A stretch of 64,000 bases of DNA from Trichoplax adhaerens (Eukaryota > Animalia > Placozoa), in contig NW_002060943.1 of NCBI RefSeq assembly GCF_000150275.1, forward strand, positions 2,508,462-2,572,461. The letters run 5' to 3'. Below the pieces are notes generated by a model. It saw nothing but the letters and a program-made list of their open reading frames with translations, was not told the DNA's origin and did no database searches. Below, piece by piece: positions 12,300 through 24,920 of this stretch (position 1 is its first letter; each line of letters starts with the position of its first letter). A program made the position numbers and the translations under genes.

Positions 12300-15200
12300 A
12301 AATATCAAGCGTTTCCTTTTATTGTATCTACATAGGTAACAAGTTAGCTTAACAACGACCTTCATTATTGCAATGACATTAATTCAAGATTATTATTGCC
12401 ATTATCACACGATAGTAGGCTAGAGTGATAAGCAGTACAATCTGCTGGATGGTAAAATATTATTGACATGATCATAGTTAGATATGTCCTTTCACGTACT
12501 ACATTCTATAATTAGTCAAGATGATGACTGGTCATGATTAAAGATTTGATTTGAATAGCTGTCACCGTTGCAATATAGCGTGAATAATTAAATAATTATT
12601 TGAGTCAATGACAGTCTCCTTATTGAAGATGCAATATCCAAATATTATCCAGTGGCAAGATGATACAATGCTGATTATATTATTAAGCAACTGTTGACCA
12701 GGCAGCAGACTCCGAAAAGAGTTCCAGGTGGGTCGACTCTCGTGATAATGTCAATCGGATACTAAATACTTTAACATTCTAGGTAGCATCATCATCATGG
12801 TAAACAGAACTGCCTATGTAAGTTTTAAGAACCGATCATGGTACATCATGTCGAAGTCAACTATTGCCTGCACAAATCCATAATTACCATGAAAAAAATT
12901 TTAACGTATTCAGAACATGACATTGTTTGAATCAGCTTAATAAGAAAGATCAAAAAATTAACTAATGACGATGATGGCAGTTACAATTTAAGTTGACTGT
13001 TAAAATTTCTTCATTACTATAATTGCCACTAAGTGATCAAATCATTCGCAAACTACTCACTTCTACTGTAGCAATGAGCAGTACCAGTATGGTTTGAAAA
13101 TTTTTCAGACACTAAACAATAGTGCTTACGATATTGATTTAGTAATGATGGTGTGCTTAGAAAAAGACATTAATTGATTAATGTTATTGAAAAGGATGAT
13201 TTATTCATCGTGTTGCGAAGTCATAATGTATTACACTACAATTTATGAATAGCGTTTCATATTTCTCCTTTTTAGTAGCTTCTCAAGAAGAGAAAAAAAT
13301 TGCCAGTACTTGAGTTGAAATATTATCATATCTCTGCTAAGAAAGGTGGACGAATGCAGAAGTGAATTTATTTGCAAAATCTGTAATTTAATGCTTATAA
13401 TGGATATTTATACTCACTATCATGTTTTACTCAATGTAATCACTACGATAATGATAATTCTATAAAGTAGCCAGTTAAAATTAGAAAATTAGTAATACGC
13501 GTATTAAATAATTATGCAATATAATCGTTTTACCATTATGAAATTAGTCTTTCAGTAAACTTAACCTAAGACTTATATAGGAAAATCATAACGTTTGACT
13601 ATGAATAATATGACTTAAACTATTCCGAATTTATTCCAATAAATTTTAGATGCAATTGGAGGATAATTTCAAAATATTGCTAAAATGTCACATTTTATCA
13701 TGAAACTTTATCAATTACGGTACATTTTTAGTTATTAAACTCCTAATCATAGTATTAAAATAATGATAATTATCATTGTAAGGTAACTGATTTAAATCAG
13801 ACTCTATCCTGGAAGTAAATTCAAGACGTTCTTGTTCTGTAGCGTGAGCAATTTGTAGTAGAAACGTCTAAAAAGGAGAGGTTGACTTAATTGCTGTACT
13901 TTTACGATACTATTAGATCTTATACATTTTACTAAATACATTTATAACGCATTTCGCCGTGTAAAAAGTAATAGCATCTGCATGAATGTACAGCTTTATA
14001 ATCAACTTGCATACAGTTAGTAAAAAAATAAAAGTGATGCAATAGGCTTTCTGTAGGTTTTTTAGTTTTTAGTCGTAAGTAATCAGTGAAATAATAATGC
14101 CAAGATTAATAGCTGAAACAGAATTAGATTAATTAAGTTTAAAGTTAGAGTCTGTTTATAATCCTTTCAGTAATGCTATAATACTATTAATCCACTAAAG
14201 CGGTTACCGATTTTACTTATTTACTTAAGGCTTATTCTCTATTTTAAGTAAATAAACATTCTTTAAATTTTATCCCTTTTCATATGCGGGATAAAAGATA
14301 GCAGTTCATAATCACTCTATTCGATTCGATAAGTGTAGGATATCAAGCTTACTAATAATTACATGAGCTGATTTATTAGAATAGCGGTGTGATGAATATT
14401 TCTGAAGTAAATCGAATCAATTTCGCCTCAACACTATCCTAGGGTAGTTTTAGCACGATGTTGAGATGGTGTGAATACGATTTGTCGAGAAGATGACAAT
14501 CTAGTATAATAACGACGATGATGAATAATTGTTGGAATGTTTATATGTCAGTTACTGAGCGTGTCTAGAACAGTTTGATTGATGATAACGAGAAACAGCT
14601 AAAATTTTCGAGTTAATTACCCACAAATTTCACTAATTAAGAATTAGTTCTGTAGAGAAATTCAAGCAGTCAGATTAATGTTCTAGCTTATCATAATTGT
14701 CTGTATCTTTGTTTAATGATCAAATATAGCTATTACGTCAGTTGCCCTCCAGGGTTTGTTTTAAATCAAAACCATTTTTTCTCATCTATTGTTACACTCG
14801 ACAACTACTGTTGCCAGCTTGTTTTCTATAGTTAGTCAAATAAAAGAATTATATTATTGAATCACCAAGCAAATTTGTATCAACGATTATTATAAGTTTG
14901 ATACTAGTTGATTCATTAAATTTTTCATTTTAACTTACAGAGTACCGTATCTGTTATATTACTATACCAAATTTGCTAGGCGACAAATTTATCAAGAAAA
15001 ACGGCTAAAATTCATAATCAATCCTAGTAATCATCATATTATATCGTAATTTTGGAATTTATAGCCATTTCAAAATTGAAGCTCTATTTGATAGCATAGT
15101 GTAGTATAACTTTAAGAGCAAATTAAATGATATTAACGAGTGGTGATGGATAATTAGTCTAATTATATAATTATGACAAAGGTAAAATCATATCGTATTA
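12300..15200 (+). mobile_element. Second degenerate LINE fossil (endonuclease and RT remnants); boundaries approximate
   Basis: TDH-like endonuclease motif near 12831, SWK at 13807, IGF at 14042 (cf. QxGF), FI..FSNA near 14155 (cf. FIDFSxAFD), cct-agggtagt at 14438 (PQGS-like with a 1-nt deletion), YNNDD near 14505. Confidence 0.42.
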
Positions 15201-18200
15201 GAGAAAGTAATCTGTTTATGTCTTACTATTGGAATCACACAAGGCTATCTTAGCAACAGTTTCCTAGAAAAATAACGAAAAATTTGAACTTTATTGCACC
15301 TTATAGATAGTATTATTTGTAACATATGCCTTTGCATTGTTAGCAATTACCGTAATTTTGACATTGCTCAACAGATGGGGGTGGAGAAATCATTAATAAA
15401 AGGATAGAAAGAGGGGATCAAGTACGCTGTATTATCTTAAAAATAGTCTAACTGACCTATGTCGTGTGTTACTATAGCAAACAATTTGCAGATAATCTAA
15501 CTTCACTAGGTCTTGTGCATTGAAATAGCACAAAAAAACATGGCTTACCATTTTAACTTCTGCTAGAAAGACTATTAGATTAGCTAATCATAGCGCTTTA
15601 ATCAATTATAATTATTGAAATAACGTTATATATTTCAAATTGGAACAATAGCATTAACCAATGATCGATCTAACTTAATCGATGCACTACTTTCTTATTG
15701 ATTGACTTGATTGATAGATTAATAAATTGCTAGTTGCTATTGTTAATTGACAATATAAGGGTTTAGATTAATTGGATAATTGATTAATGTTTACACCATT
15801 TCATCAAGTTACTGCAATTATAAATATTCAGTAAGGGCTTACCAATACTTTGAGACTATGCAGTAATTAGTTATTATGTAATTAAATCCATTGAAATGTA
15901 CTCTAGGGTTTGATCTCACTAATGACTATTAGCATAAGTGTGTGACAATGATAACTACATTTCAAATTTTTTCTTTTCAGTGAGGTAATGAGGTTATCGT
16001 TTTACTGTTTTTGTTACAGTTTTGTTTAAAAGTAGCAAAATGGAGAAACAACTTGGAATAGAAGCACAGCATCTGATGTTAGCGTATTGTTAATGTTTTT
16101 CCGATCTCTATAGTCATTAATTTTAATTCAAATCATGACAACACGGCTGTCATAATATTGCCATCATCATCATTTGATGTGTTATTTTTCTCTATTCTTT
16201 TTCGCCTATCTGTTGGTAAAATTATTTTTCTCCATGAGTCTATTGTCTCGTTATTACAATAGCTTAAACAATCAACAAGCATTTCCTTTCGATTAAAAAT
16301 TCGTACTCCATATAAAGGCACTGAGGATAACAGTTACAGGAAAAGTATCGAATTAAAGAAATGAATTAAAATATAAACGAACCCAGACACGATAGAACAT
16401 AAAGCGTATAATAACCTGGAAATGGCCGCATGGTTTCATTCCATGACGCTAAAAAAATTATTAAATAGACTGATTGAATGAAAGAGATTTATAAGAAGAA
16501 AGGACGTAGTCGGTAATCCGATTGATATTTTATGGTACATAAGAAAGAATGAAGAAAGTTGCGGTGATCCTTTTCATCTTTATTATCGATAATTTGATTA
16601 TTAAGAAAATATAATTTTGCAATTGTCTTAAGCATTGCTTGTTGATAAAAGACAATTTCTCCAATATAAAATTAATCAACGTTTGGCTTTCTACTGATTA
16701 GAATATCTTAATTCTCTCTTATACCTAAAGTAATAAATTGGTTGTTATGACAACAATAAACTATTTCTTTAAATTTTATTACAAATCATGATAAATGTAG
16801 TGATGTTAAATGGTTTATTTTACTGTAAACAGAAGTATATTTAAGATATCAAACTTTCAGTTGCAAAGTGGCTTGCAATCATTGCTTTGTGATAATAATA
16901 AATTTTTACTGTGATAATTGCTATCTGGAATATGCAAAGGTTTGCACTTAATTTTAAAGACTTAGAATGGGTTACTTCAACGTTTCGAAATATATTAATC
17001 ATTTTAACGTTAGATCCAAAAATTAACTTTCCCCCTTTAGGATTAGACAATAACTGTAAAAATTCAATTAAAATCAAATTTGAATAATAGTGGTATCTAT
17101 GTACAAAAGAAATGATACTGTGCATAACAGATACAATTAAATTGACTATGAGAGGATAAAGTCTTCCTCTCTATCGTTTCGAAATAAACACAACATTGGC
17201 TATCGCGCCATTTGCCTTTCAAAAATTGACCATTAATGTGTCTATACATCCGGTCAAAGATTAGCGGCACTTCTATCTGCCAAAATATTGCTGTACAAAT
17301 TTATCAATTGTATAGTGTATTCACGCATGTATTGATTAAATAACGTTATAATGGACAATTGATTATTCAGTAATTTCATCAACATGCGTATGTGATTAAA
17401 CCGATGGCAGACGTTGTATTATCTATCGAAGATAATTACAAAAGGTAGATTATAAATTGTCTTGTCTATTCTAAACTAATAGTCCTACGCATTTTTTAGC
17501 CTATTGATAACGTTAGAAACTTAATCAAGATCATAAGGTAAGATTTATTTGCGATTAAGTTGTTGATGATTAGGCCAACAAATAACAAGTTTATTTAAAA
17601 AAGTATCCCACTGATGACGTAAACTATATAGTGATTCAATTTTATTATCATCATTTTTTTCTTCAGCATCTGGCTACGATGTTAATCAATTCCTTTGACT
17701 AAAAAGATAAACCCTAAAACTGGCTATATGCAAGGAAGTATAGGCTATGAGTTATCTAAAACATTAAAATAACATTAAAATTAGCTTTAATACAAACATT
17801 AAGGAATGCTATGACATGAATATTCCACATATCAAATAAGTGTACGCTCTATGTGAAAAGATACCAGCTTTTGCAAGAAAATACTAATTTGATATAACAT
17901 TGTATATTTTTACTTCTTAGTGAGAGTTGAGATATGCTGTCGTATTGGCAACTAGCTATATCATGGGTATCTAATATCTCAGAATGTTTCATTCAAAAGT
18001 AATGGTGTATTAACATAGTGCTATAGGATAACTAAATCATGTCAGATCTTCTTCAGATTTAGAGTTTCTAGATTAATTATTACATTTGGAACGCCGAACC
18101 AATGTTTGTAACGAGAGCTAATCAGTGAGTGGCTGCGTTAAGTTAGATTAGAGGCTATTATTGCTATTTGCTACAGCTACTAAATTGATCGGAAAATTTT

Positions 18201-20113
18201 AATTACAAAGTTATAAATAATTTTATAGATGACAAAAATTAGACTTGATCCTATATTGCTTTGCAATACTACTGAAGCTAAAATATGCCATTCTTGTAAA
18301 ATTTGGATGTAATTTTTTAGTTTCTAATGTATCATCTCATTTTTTAATATAATTGAGTGTCTCATAATTAATATAAACGTAGTTATTATACTGTACATGA
18401 TCGAAGCACGTAAAGGATGTCATTTAATGTGTATATTTTGGTATTTATATGACTATTCTTCTCTCGCTGATCTAACACATTTATTATAGCCATCATTGAT
18501 CTAAATCTTTATCGATTTAAAGAATATAGCGTGCTATCAGCTTTATAACTTGAATATAATTCTAAGTGCATAATTCTAAGTGCGCAATTTTATCAGCTTT
18601 TATAATCCATATAGACTTCTAGTCAAGTATATGAAGCATTATACTGATATTACTCGATCTGATGACATCTTAAATAGTAGAATTTCGCAGCAGGAACAAC
18701 GATAGCTATACGACAGTTGTTGTAGCAGTAACTGAAATTGATAGTTTATCGATCTCCCATTGAAAAAGGAAAGTAAATAAAATATTATTCAAGCCTAGCT
18801 AATCTTATAACATATGCTCAGGCATCATGTTAAGATTGCTCGATGTAGTAATGAGATATAATTATGGCTCTTTGATGCTTAAAATACCTTAAGAACATTG
18901 AATATGAATATATTTGCTCTCTTGTTCCACAGATCTTGTTAGTTTCCTTTATAATCAAAAATAAATTTATGCTGACGTATTATACTAAAATACATTGTTA
19001 TTAACTTTGTAACTTAGTAAATTATCATTTTCAAGGATTTATAATCTACCACTATTCAATTTCGTAAGCATCTTTAGAATGATAACATTGAAACTGTTAA
19101 ATCATTTTGAAGCCTAACTGTTTTAACCGTCTTACTAAGCTGTACAGTAGATTGGCGCAATGATACGCGAGATTGCATTAGTCATTCTGTTTGCTTATAA
19201 CCAGCAATGATTCTAGTAATTATCATGGTCATGAAAACTATATTATTTGAACGCTTGGCCACGGAGCTTTATCACTTAATTAATATTTTTCTCATAACAA
19301 ACATAGTGATGTAATAAGGTACGGCATATCAGTATTATATAAAAGTTTACTCAATAAAGATTAAATAAATGTTTAATATGACAATTATTTGATGCAAGAA
19401 AAACTTTTATGTGGCATGGATTCCAATGGTATTCGACAATTTTAAAAGCTGATTAATCAAGCAAACTAAATATTGGAGCCTGTACAATAAAAGAAATCTT
19501 GCCCAATACAGTCGATAAATTGGATGAAAAAGTTATTTCAGAAGTCATTTTCTATTATTAAAGAAGGTAATTTGAGCATTTCCATTCGCTATTGCCAAAT
19601 CAGAATCATGAAAGAATTTCATTCCGTATGTTGCATCTCCTTTAATTAGATTATGGTAATCGACAGCGAATTAGATGTCATCTACTGGAATCGATTGCTA
19701 GTAAGTACAGTAAGCAGATAGGTTGAGTTTAAACAAAGTTATTATAAGATTGTGTAGATTAATTGTAATTATTGTCTGATCATTTATTGTTATAAAGGTG
19801 ATTATCATGATTGGAAGGCTTTGAAAGATTAGATTTTTTTAATCAATTCAAAATCAATGCTATAAACATCTGGCTTCACCTCCCCTCCCTGTCTATAATA
19901 AAGTAATTATTGTTGTTGTTGATGTTATTAATGGTTGTCCGTTTGATGTTGACAAATGTAATTAAAAAATAGAAGCTTTTTTTATCTTGACACATCTTTT
20001 TTGATTTAGATTCAATGCTCCGAGGGAAGTTTGTATATTGCATCAGCTGTGCGGTTATAACAAAAGATTTGTTGCTAACTTCATTATAATATTTTTTTCA
20101 TGCATAGGCGTTG

Positions 20114-20225
20114 ATTGGAAACACGTGTCAAGGATATTAATGGTTATTGTGTACAATACAACATACGCCATGATTCAAAACTAGCATATATAAAGCTTGA
20201 CCTGGGCTCATTTGCACTCATCATT
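20114..20225 (+). promoter_or_regulatory. Putative core promoter of the Dbx gene
   Basis: Reverse CCAAT (ATTGG 20114-20118), E-box CACGTG (20122-20127), TATATAAA (20187-20194) and an Inr-like TCA(T/Y) about 25-30 nt downstream. A likely 5'UTR intron acceptor (T-rich...ctacag) ends at 20581. Confidence 0.35.
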
Positions 20226-20654
20226 CTCTTGATGCGATCATTTAATCAACTGATAGTGAATAACATAAACTATTACGTCTAAGTTTTGGCCTTGCAGTGA
20301 TTCTGAAAACTCTGGTCATTTTTCTCCTTCTTCGAATTGAGTTATTCCAACTCATTAGTTGATCATTGATTAATCTTTCAAACGTATACGGTTAAACACC
20401 ATTGGAAAGGAAATTAGCAATTATTAATTAAGAATTTATCCACTTCTCAATTTACTCTACCAAAGTTATCACTTGGTAATCGCTATACGGTATGATAAGT
20501 ATTCATATTTGATAAATTCTTTAACAAGATGAAGAAAAAGGCGTTTAATCAATCGTTTTTTCAATTTTTTTATATCTACAGATCTTGTCAAGTTCAAGCA
20601 TTATAACTTAAAATTATCGAATCATTTTTACAACGTAAAATCTAGCTATCGAAA

Positions 20655-23575
20655 ATGTTCCACAATCTAGCTGTCCCGACTCCATTTTATCATCATCCAG
20701 CCATATTTCATCCTCATTTGGCTCCATATCTACCACCACAACCGCAAGCCAACAATGTTCAAGGACTAATTTATAAATCGCAAGGACAAATGGATGGAAG
20801 CAATCACTGCATAGCAACAGCTGCCAACCACAATTCGAATAATATTGCTACTGCTGTCGCTGCTGCCGCTGCTGCTAATGTAGGTAATCAAATTGGTAGT
20901 AATGCAAGTGAGAATAACGCTTTAAAATTTGGCGTTAATGCTATTCTCTCCAGTCGTCTCAATCCAACTGGATTAGTGTGTAAGTAATCAAAGTCAAATT
21001 ATTTAGTTCTTTAAATTAATAAAAATTTAAGTGCACGATATAAGATGAAATGCAAGCGATCACGTATTAACTATAATAAATAACCTTATCATCCTATCAT
21101 TAAACTCGAACTACTTTCTGATCAACACGTAGTATTGTAGCAATAACCCAGCTACCTAGAGCGTAATTTCGTTCTTGATTGGCATCAATTTGATAACTAT
21201 TATTTAGATATAAAATAATTGTAGTTAGAGTACGATATCCCCTTAATCAACTAACAATAACACACTATATCACGATAAATCTTTCAATTCAAATTGAATT
21301 TCCTACCGTTGACCTTAATTTTAACTTTTTTTGTTTTGGACTTATAACAACTATACCTCAAAAAGATCCTCCATTGAATTCCAATGACAAATCATTCTAT
21401 CCACCCAACAGAACACTCTTAGCTGGCGTTACATCGCAATATCCTTATAATATTAAAGGACTAACAGGTAAGATCTTCATAGATCTTAGTAACTGTTCCT
21501 CTTATATATCACCATTATTATCAATAAGAAGAATAACAACAATAATAAACATTTTATTGTCTACTGACGGCATGGTGCCAACCAATTGGCACAAAGACTT
21601 TAACACACAAATAACATTTGATTAAATGTAACCGTATAATTGAAATGATTATATAATTATAGTATCGGTTTTTGCATTTTCATTATTATTTTGCATTATT
21701 CTTCCTTTAGAGGATTAACTACTTTTCCTATTTTTAATGATTTTAAAGCCAAGCTTAGAAGCTTTTTTTCTTTTATTACTGTATCATGTGTTGATGCCAC
21801 TAATGTTGCCAGATGCAGTACATAGTTGAAGGGGATGATGACATTATCGATAAAATCCTCCTCTTCCTTTAAATGCCATCAGTGACTAGCATGATTCAGT
21901 TTGATGACGCGAGCACATTGTGCCATAAACGAAAAAGAACGCTTCTCGCTTTATGATAAAAGAACTTTAAACTTAAAGTTTCTTTGTTCCTGTATAAAGT
22001 TGATGTATTTATCATTAAGTAATTAAAATGAGTGGTATCAACTATCTATCAACGTATAAAGCGACTTCTTAAGTGAATGAACGAAATAACAAATTTATTT
22101 TATTGTGGAAGATATGTAGAGATTATTTATTATTGATAAATTATTTCATAATTATATTATTATTTTACTGTTGACGATGTTGTTTGCCTTCTACTTTAAA
22201 GCGATAAAGATTAATTTCTTGTACTTAATTATGATGACTGTTTACAATGGAAAGATAGAATAATACCTTAAACTGTAATCGGTGGTAAATTGATAATGAA
22301 ATAGTAGTTTAATCTTTCATATTAAATAAGTATAATTTTAATTGTTGTCAAAATAACAAGACAGGAATAGAGATCTCGCATACAGTGTTCTAGAAATTTA
22401 GAACAATTGATCCATTATTACAATAGTATGTTAACGACGCTCGTTACAAATCACGTTACAGAAGAAAAATTTACTAATTAGTAACTGACAGTTAATGCTA
22501 TTACAATCTTACTAATGCGAACAGATTTATTAACAATCATTAAACAGAGAACAATTAATTGTTATTGCATATAGGATCAGCTCCATATTCTTCATACTCT
22601 TGGCCGATTACTCCACATGATGGCAGTAAGCAAAAAAGAACCATGCTAAGAAGAGCAGTTTTTACCGAGCAACAACGCAAAGGACTCGAGAAGCGATTTC
22701 AAGTTCAAAAATATATTTCGAAATCAGAGAGAAGGAAGCTCGCTACCAAGTTAAATCTGAAAGATTCTCAAGTTAAAATTTGGTTTCAGGTAATTAAAAT
22801 ACATATTATAGCCGCAGTATAACGCGCTAACGGTTGAATTCTATATTAATGTTTTCAGTAATAAGTTTGATAAGCTTAATAACTCCTATGCTTGAATGGT
22901 GCCCATGTCGTGATCGATACAATGTACACCGATCATAGTCTACGAAATATAATATTTAATGACATACTGTATGATCTTTCATCATGATATAATTAGTGCT
23001 GGGCCAACACTTTATAGCAACTATGAATGAAACGATAATTAATATTATGCGACTAATTGATAGTTCATCAGATTTGATATCTTGAAGAAAGTTTGTCTCC
23101 GTAAAGTGTTATCTTTTCTATTAACATTAATGATCAAGTTATTGATTAAGTAGCATTAATAAACGATGCTACTAAATAAATGGATAAAGCTGTTATTGTC
23201 AGTAGTTTCCGGACATTCTTAACTATTAGAGAAAGTCCATTGAAAATTTTAGAATTCTGTTGTAAAGTACTAATTAAAATTAGAGTAATAAATATTGAAT
23301 ATGGCTATAGTTTAGCTTGATTATATTCATTAGCTAATCTATTCTATTTTTGGATCATACAGAATCGCAGGATGAAATGGCGAAACTGCAAAGAAAGAGA
23401 AAAATCAATAATTTTAACAGATGATGGTAAAGCGGAACAATATACAAGCGACGATGACGATGATGATAGTTGCTACGAAATGAAGCCTACAAGTGAAGAT
23501 GAAACTTTTAACACAACTGGCAATAAGTCGGATCAGAGCGAAAGATCCAGCATAGGGGATGTTGACGACGTATAA
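20655..23575 (+). CDS. Dbx: Dbx (Dbx/Hlx, NK-like ANTP) homeobox transcription factor; exons 20655-20979, 21366-21467, 22575-22789, 23363-23575; 284 aa
   Basis: eh1 motif LKFGVNAILSS as in vertebrate Dbx; homeodomain MLRRAVFTEQQRKGLEKRFQVQKYISKSERRKLATKLNLKDSQVKIWFQ|NRRMKWRNCKERE. All three GT-AG introns join in consistent phases (1,1,0), 855 nt in total. Poly-Ala tract and acidic tail. Confidence 0.93.
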
Positions 23576-24804
23576 TTAATCAATGCCCTCGTTGTCGTAA
23601 GATTTTCACGCGATCTGACAATAGTGACAACAGCAGGGATGATGTTACCAATAATTTATAATGATAATCGTGCATTTAGGTTATGTATTGTACAGTGATG
23701 AGGAACAAGAGATCGTTGTTCAAACGACTTTCAAAATTGTTCCTATTAAATAATTATGACGCTATACTTATTGGTACAGCTGTAGTATTGTCATTACTCT
23801 TTCGTTTGAGTGTTCAACATAGTGTTGTAAGAATAGTATAATAATATCAAGGTAACAACTTAATTCCATGATAAGAGTCTAAAGTTTTATTAATTAATTA
23901 ATTCAATTAATAAGGCTTTTGGTAACATTTAGATTGCAGCATTATCTCATTTAGCTGATTTTTCTGGTAACATGATGACAGTTGATTTACTCACATTTCG
24001 ACGATGCACAAAATTGTTAGATCATAATACTAAGTGATCGAGGTTTTAAGAAGCAACAATGTTAAAAATTGAAAGTTTTCATGGACCAACTTTGCGCTAT
24101 CAATTACTGGGTAAGCCTTTCATGTTGATATACTGATAATTAAGCAGCAGATGGGCCTACTGATTTTTAAATGAGCATCACTGGAAGCTACTGAAAAATA
24201 CATATAAATGAGCTCCTTATTTCAACGTAACTACTGTATTCTTGTCTCCTATGGGTGATATGTACGTAACACTTACGTCAGAAATAGCTGTATTTATAGC
24301 TCTATTAATCAAAGCTGTAATTAATGTATTGCAATTTTAGTAATTGTTGTTATAAGTTCTATTAATAGTAACTCTTCATATTGTTTTCCGGCTACTGTTG
24401 CATCGCCCTGTTGGAATTAATGTATTAGCGGAAGAGATAGCAAGTAGGAAACATCTTTAACGTCAATAGTCCAAAGTACTATTATCAATATTTTTGGCGT
24501 CATCGTTTAATAAGCCAATTATGACAATCTAATTATCATTATTTATTTAGAATTACTAATGTCTTATATCGTTTGTGTCAAATTTGTATAACTAATAACG
24601 TTTTGTTAGCAATATCTAAAGTATAATTTTAAGTAGATTATCTGCAAATTTACTACGCACACCTACGTGCTGATTCTTAACGCAGCTAAAAATCGAGCAT
24701 TCATTCATTGATTAATTAATAATCCTATCATCATCGTTTATCATATAATTACACTATATGGACGTGGTATATTATTAACAATTTTAGTATATCATGTAAT
24801 TGCA

Positions 24805-24920
24805 AAACTATATATTCTAATATATTTATATAAATATGTGTCTGTATATATGATGTATACGTATATCTATATGCACGTATATGTAATGTGTAGTGTATGT
24901 GTATATGCGTGTATGTATGC
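24805..24920. repeat. Degenerate (TA)/(TG) dinucleotide low-complexity tract
   Basis: Runs such as tatatatgatgtatacgtatatctatatgcacgtatatgtaatgtgtagtgtatgtgtatatgcgtgtatgtatg. Confidence 0.6.
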
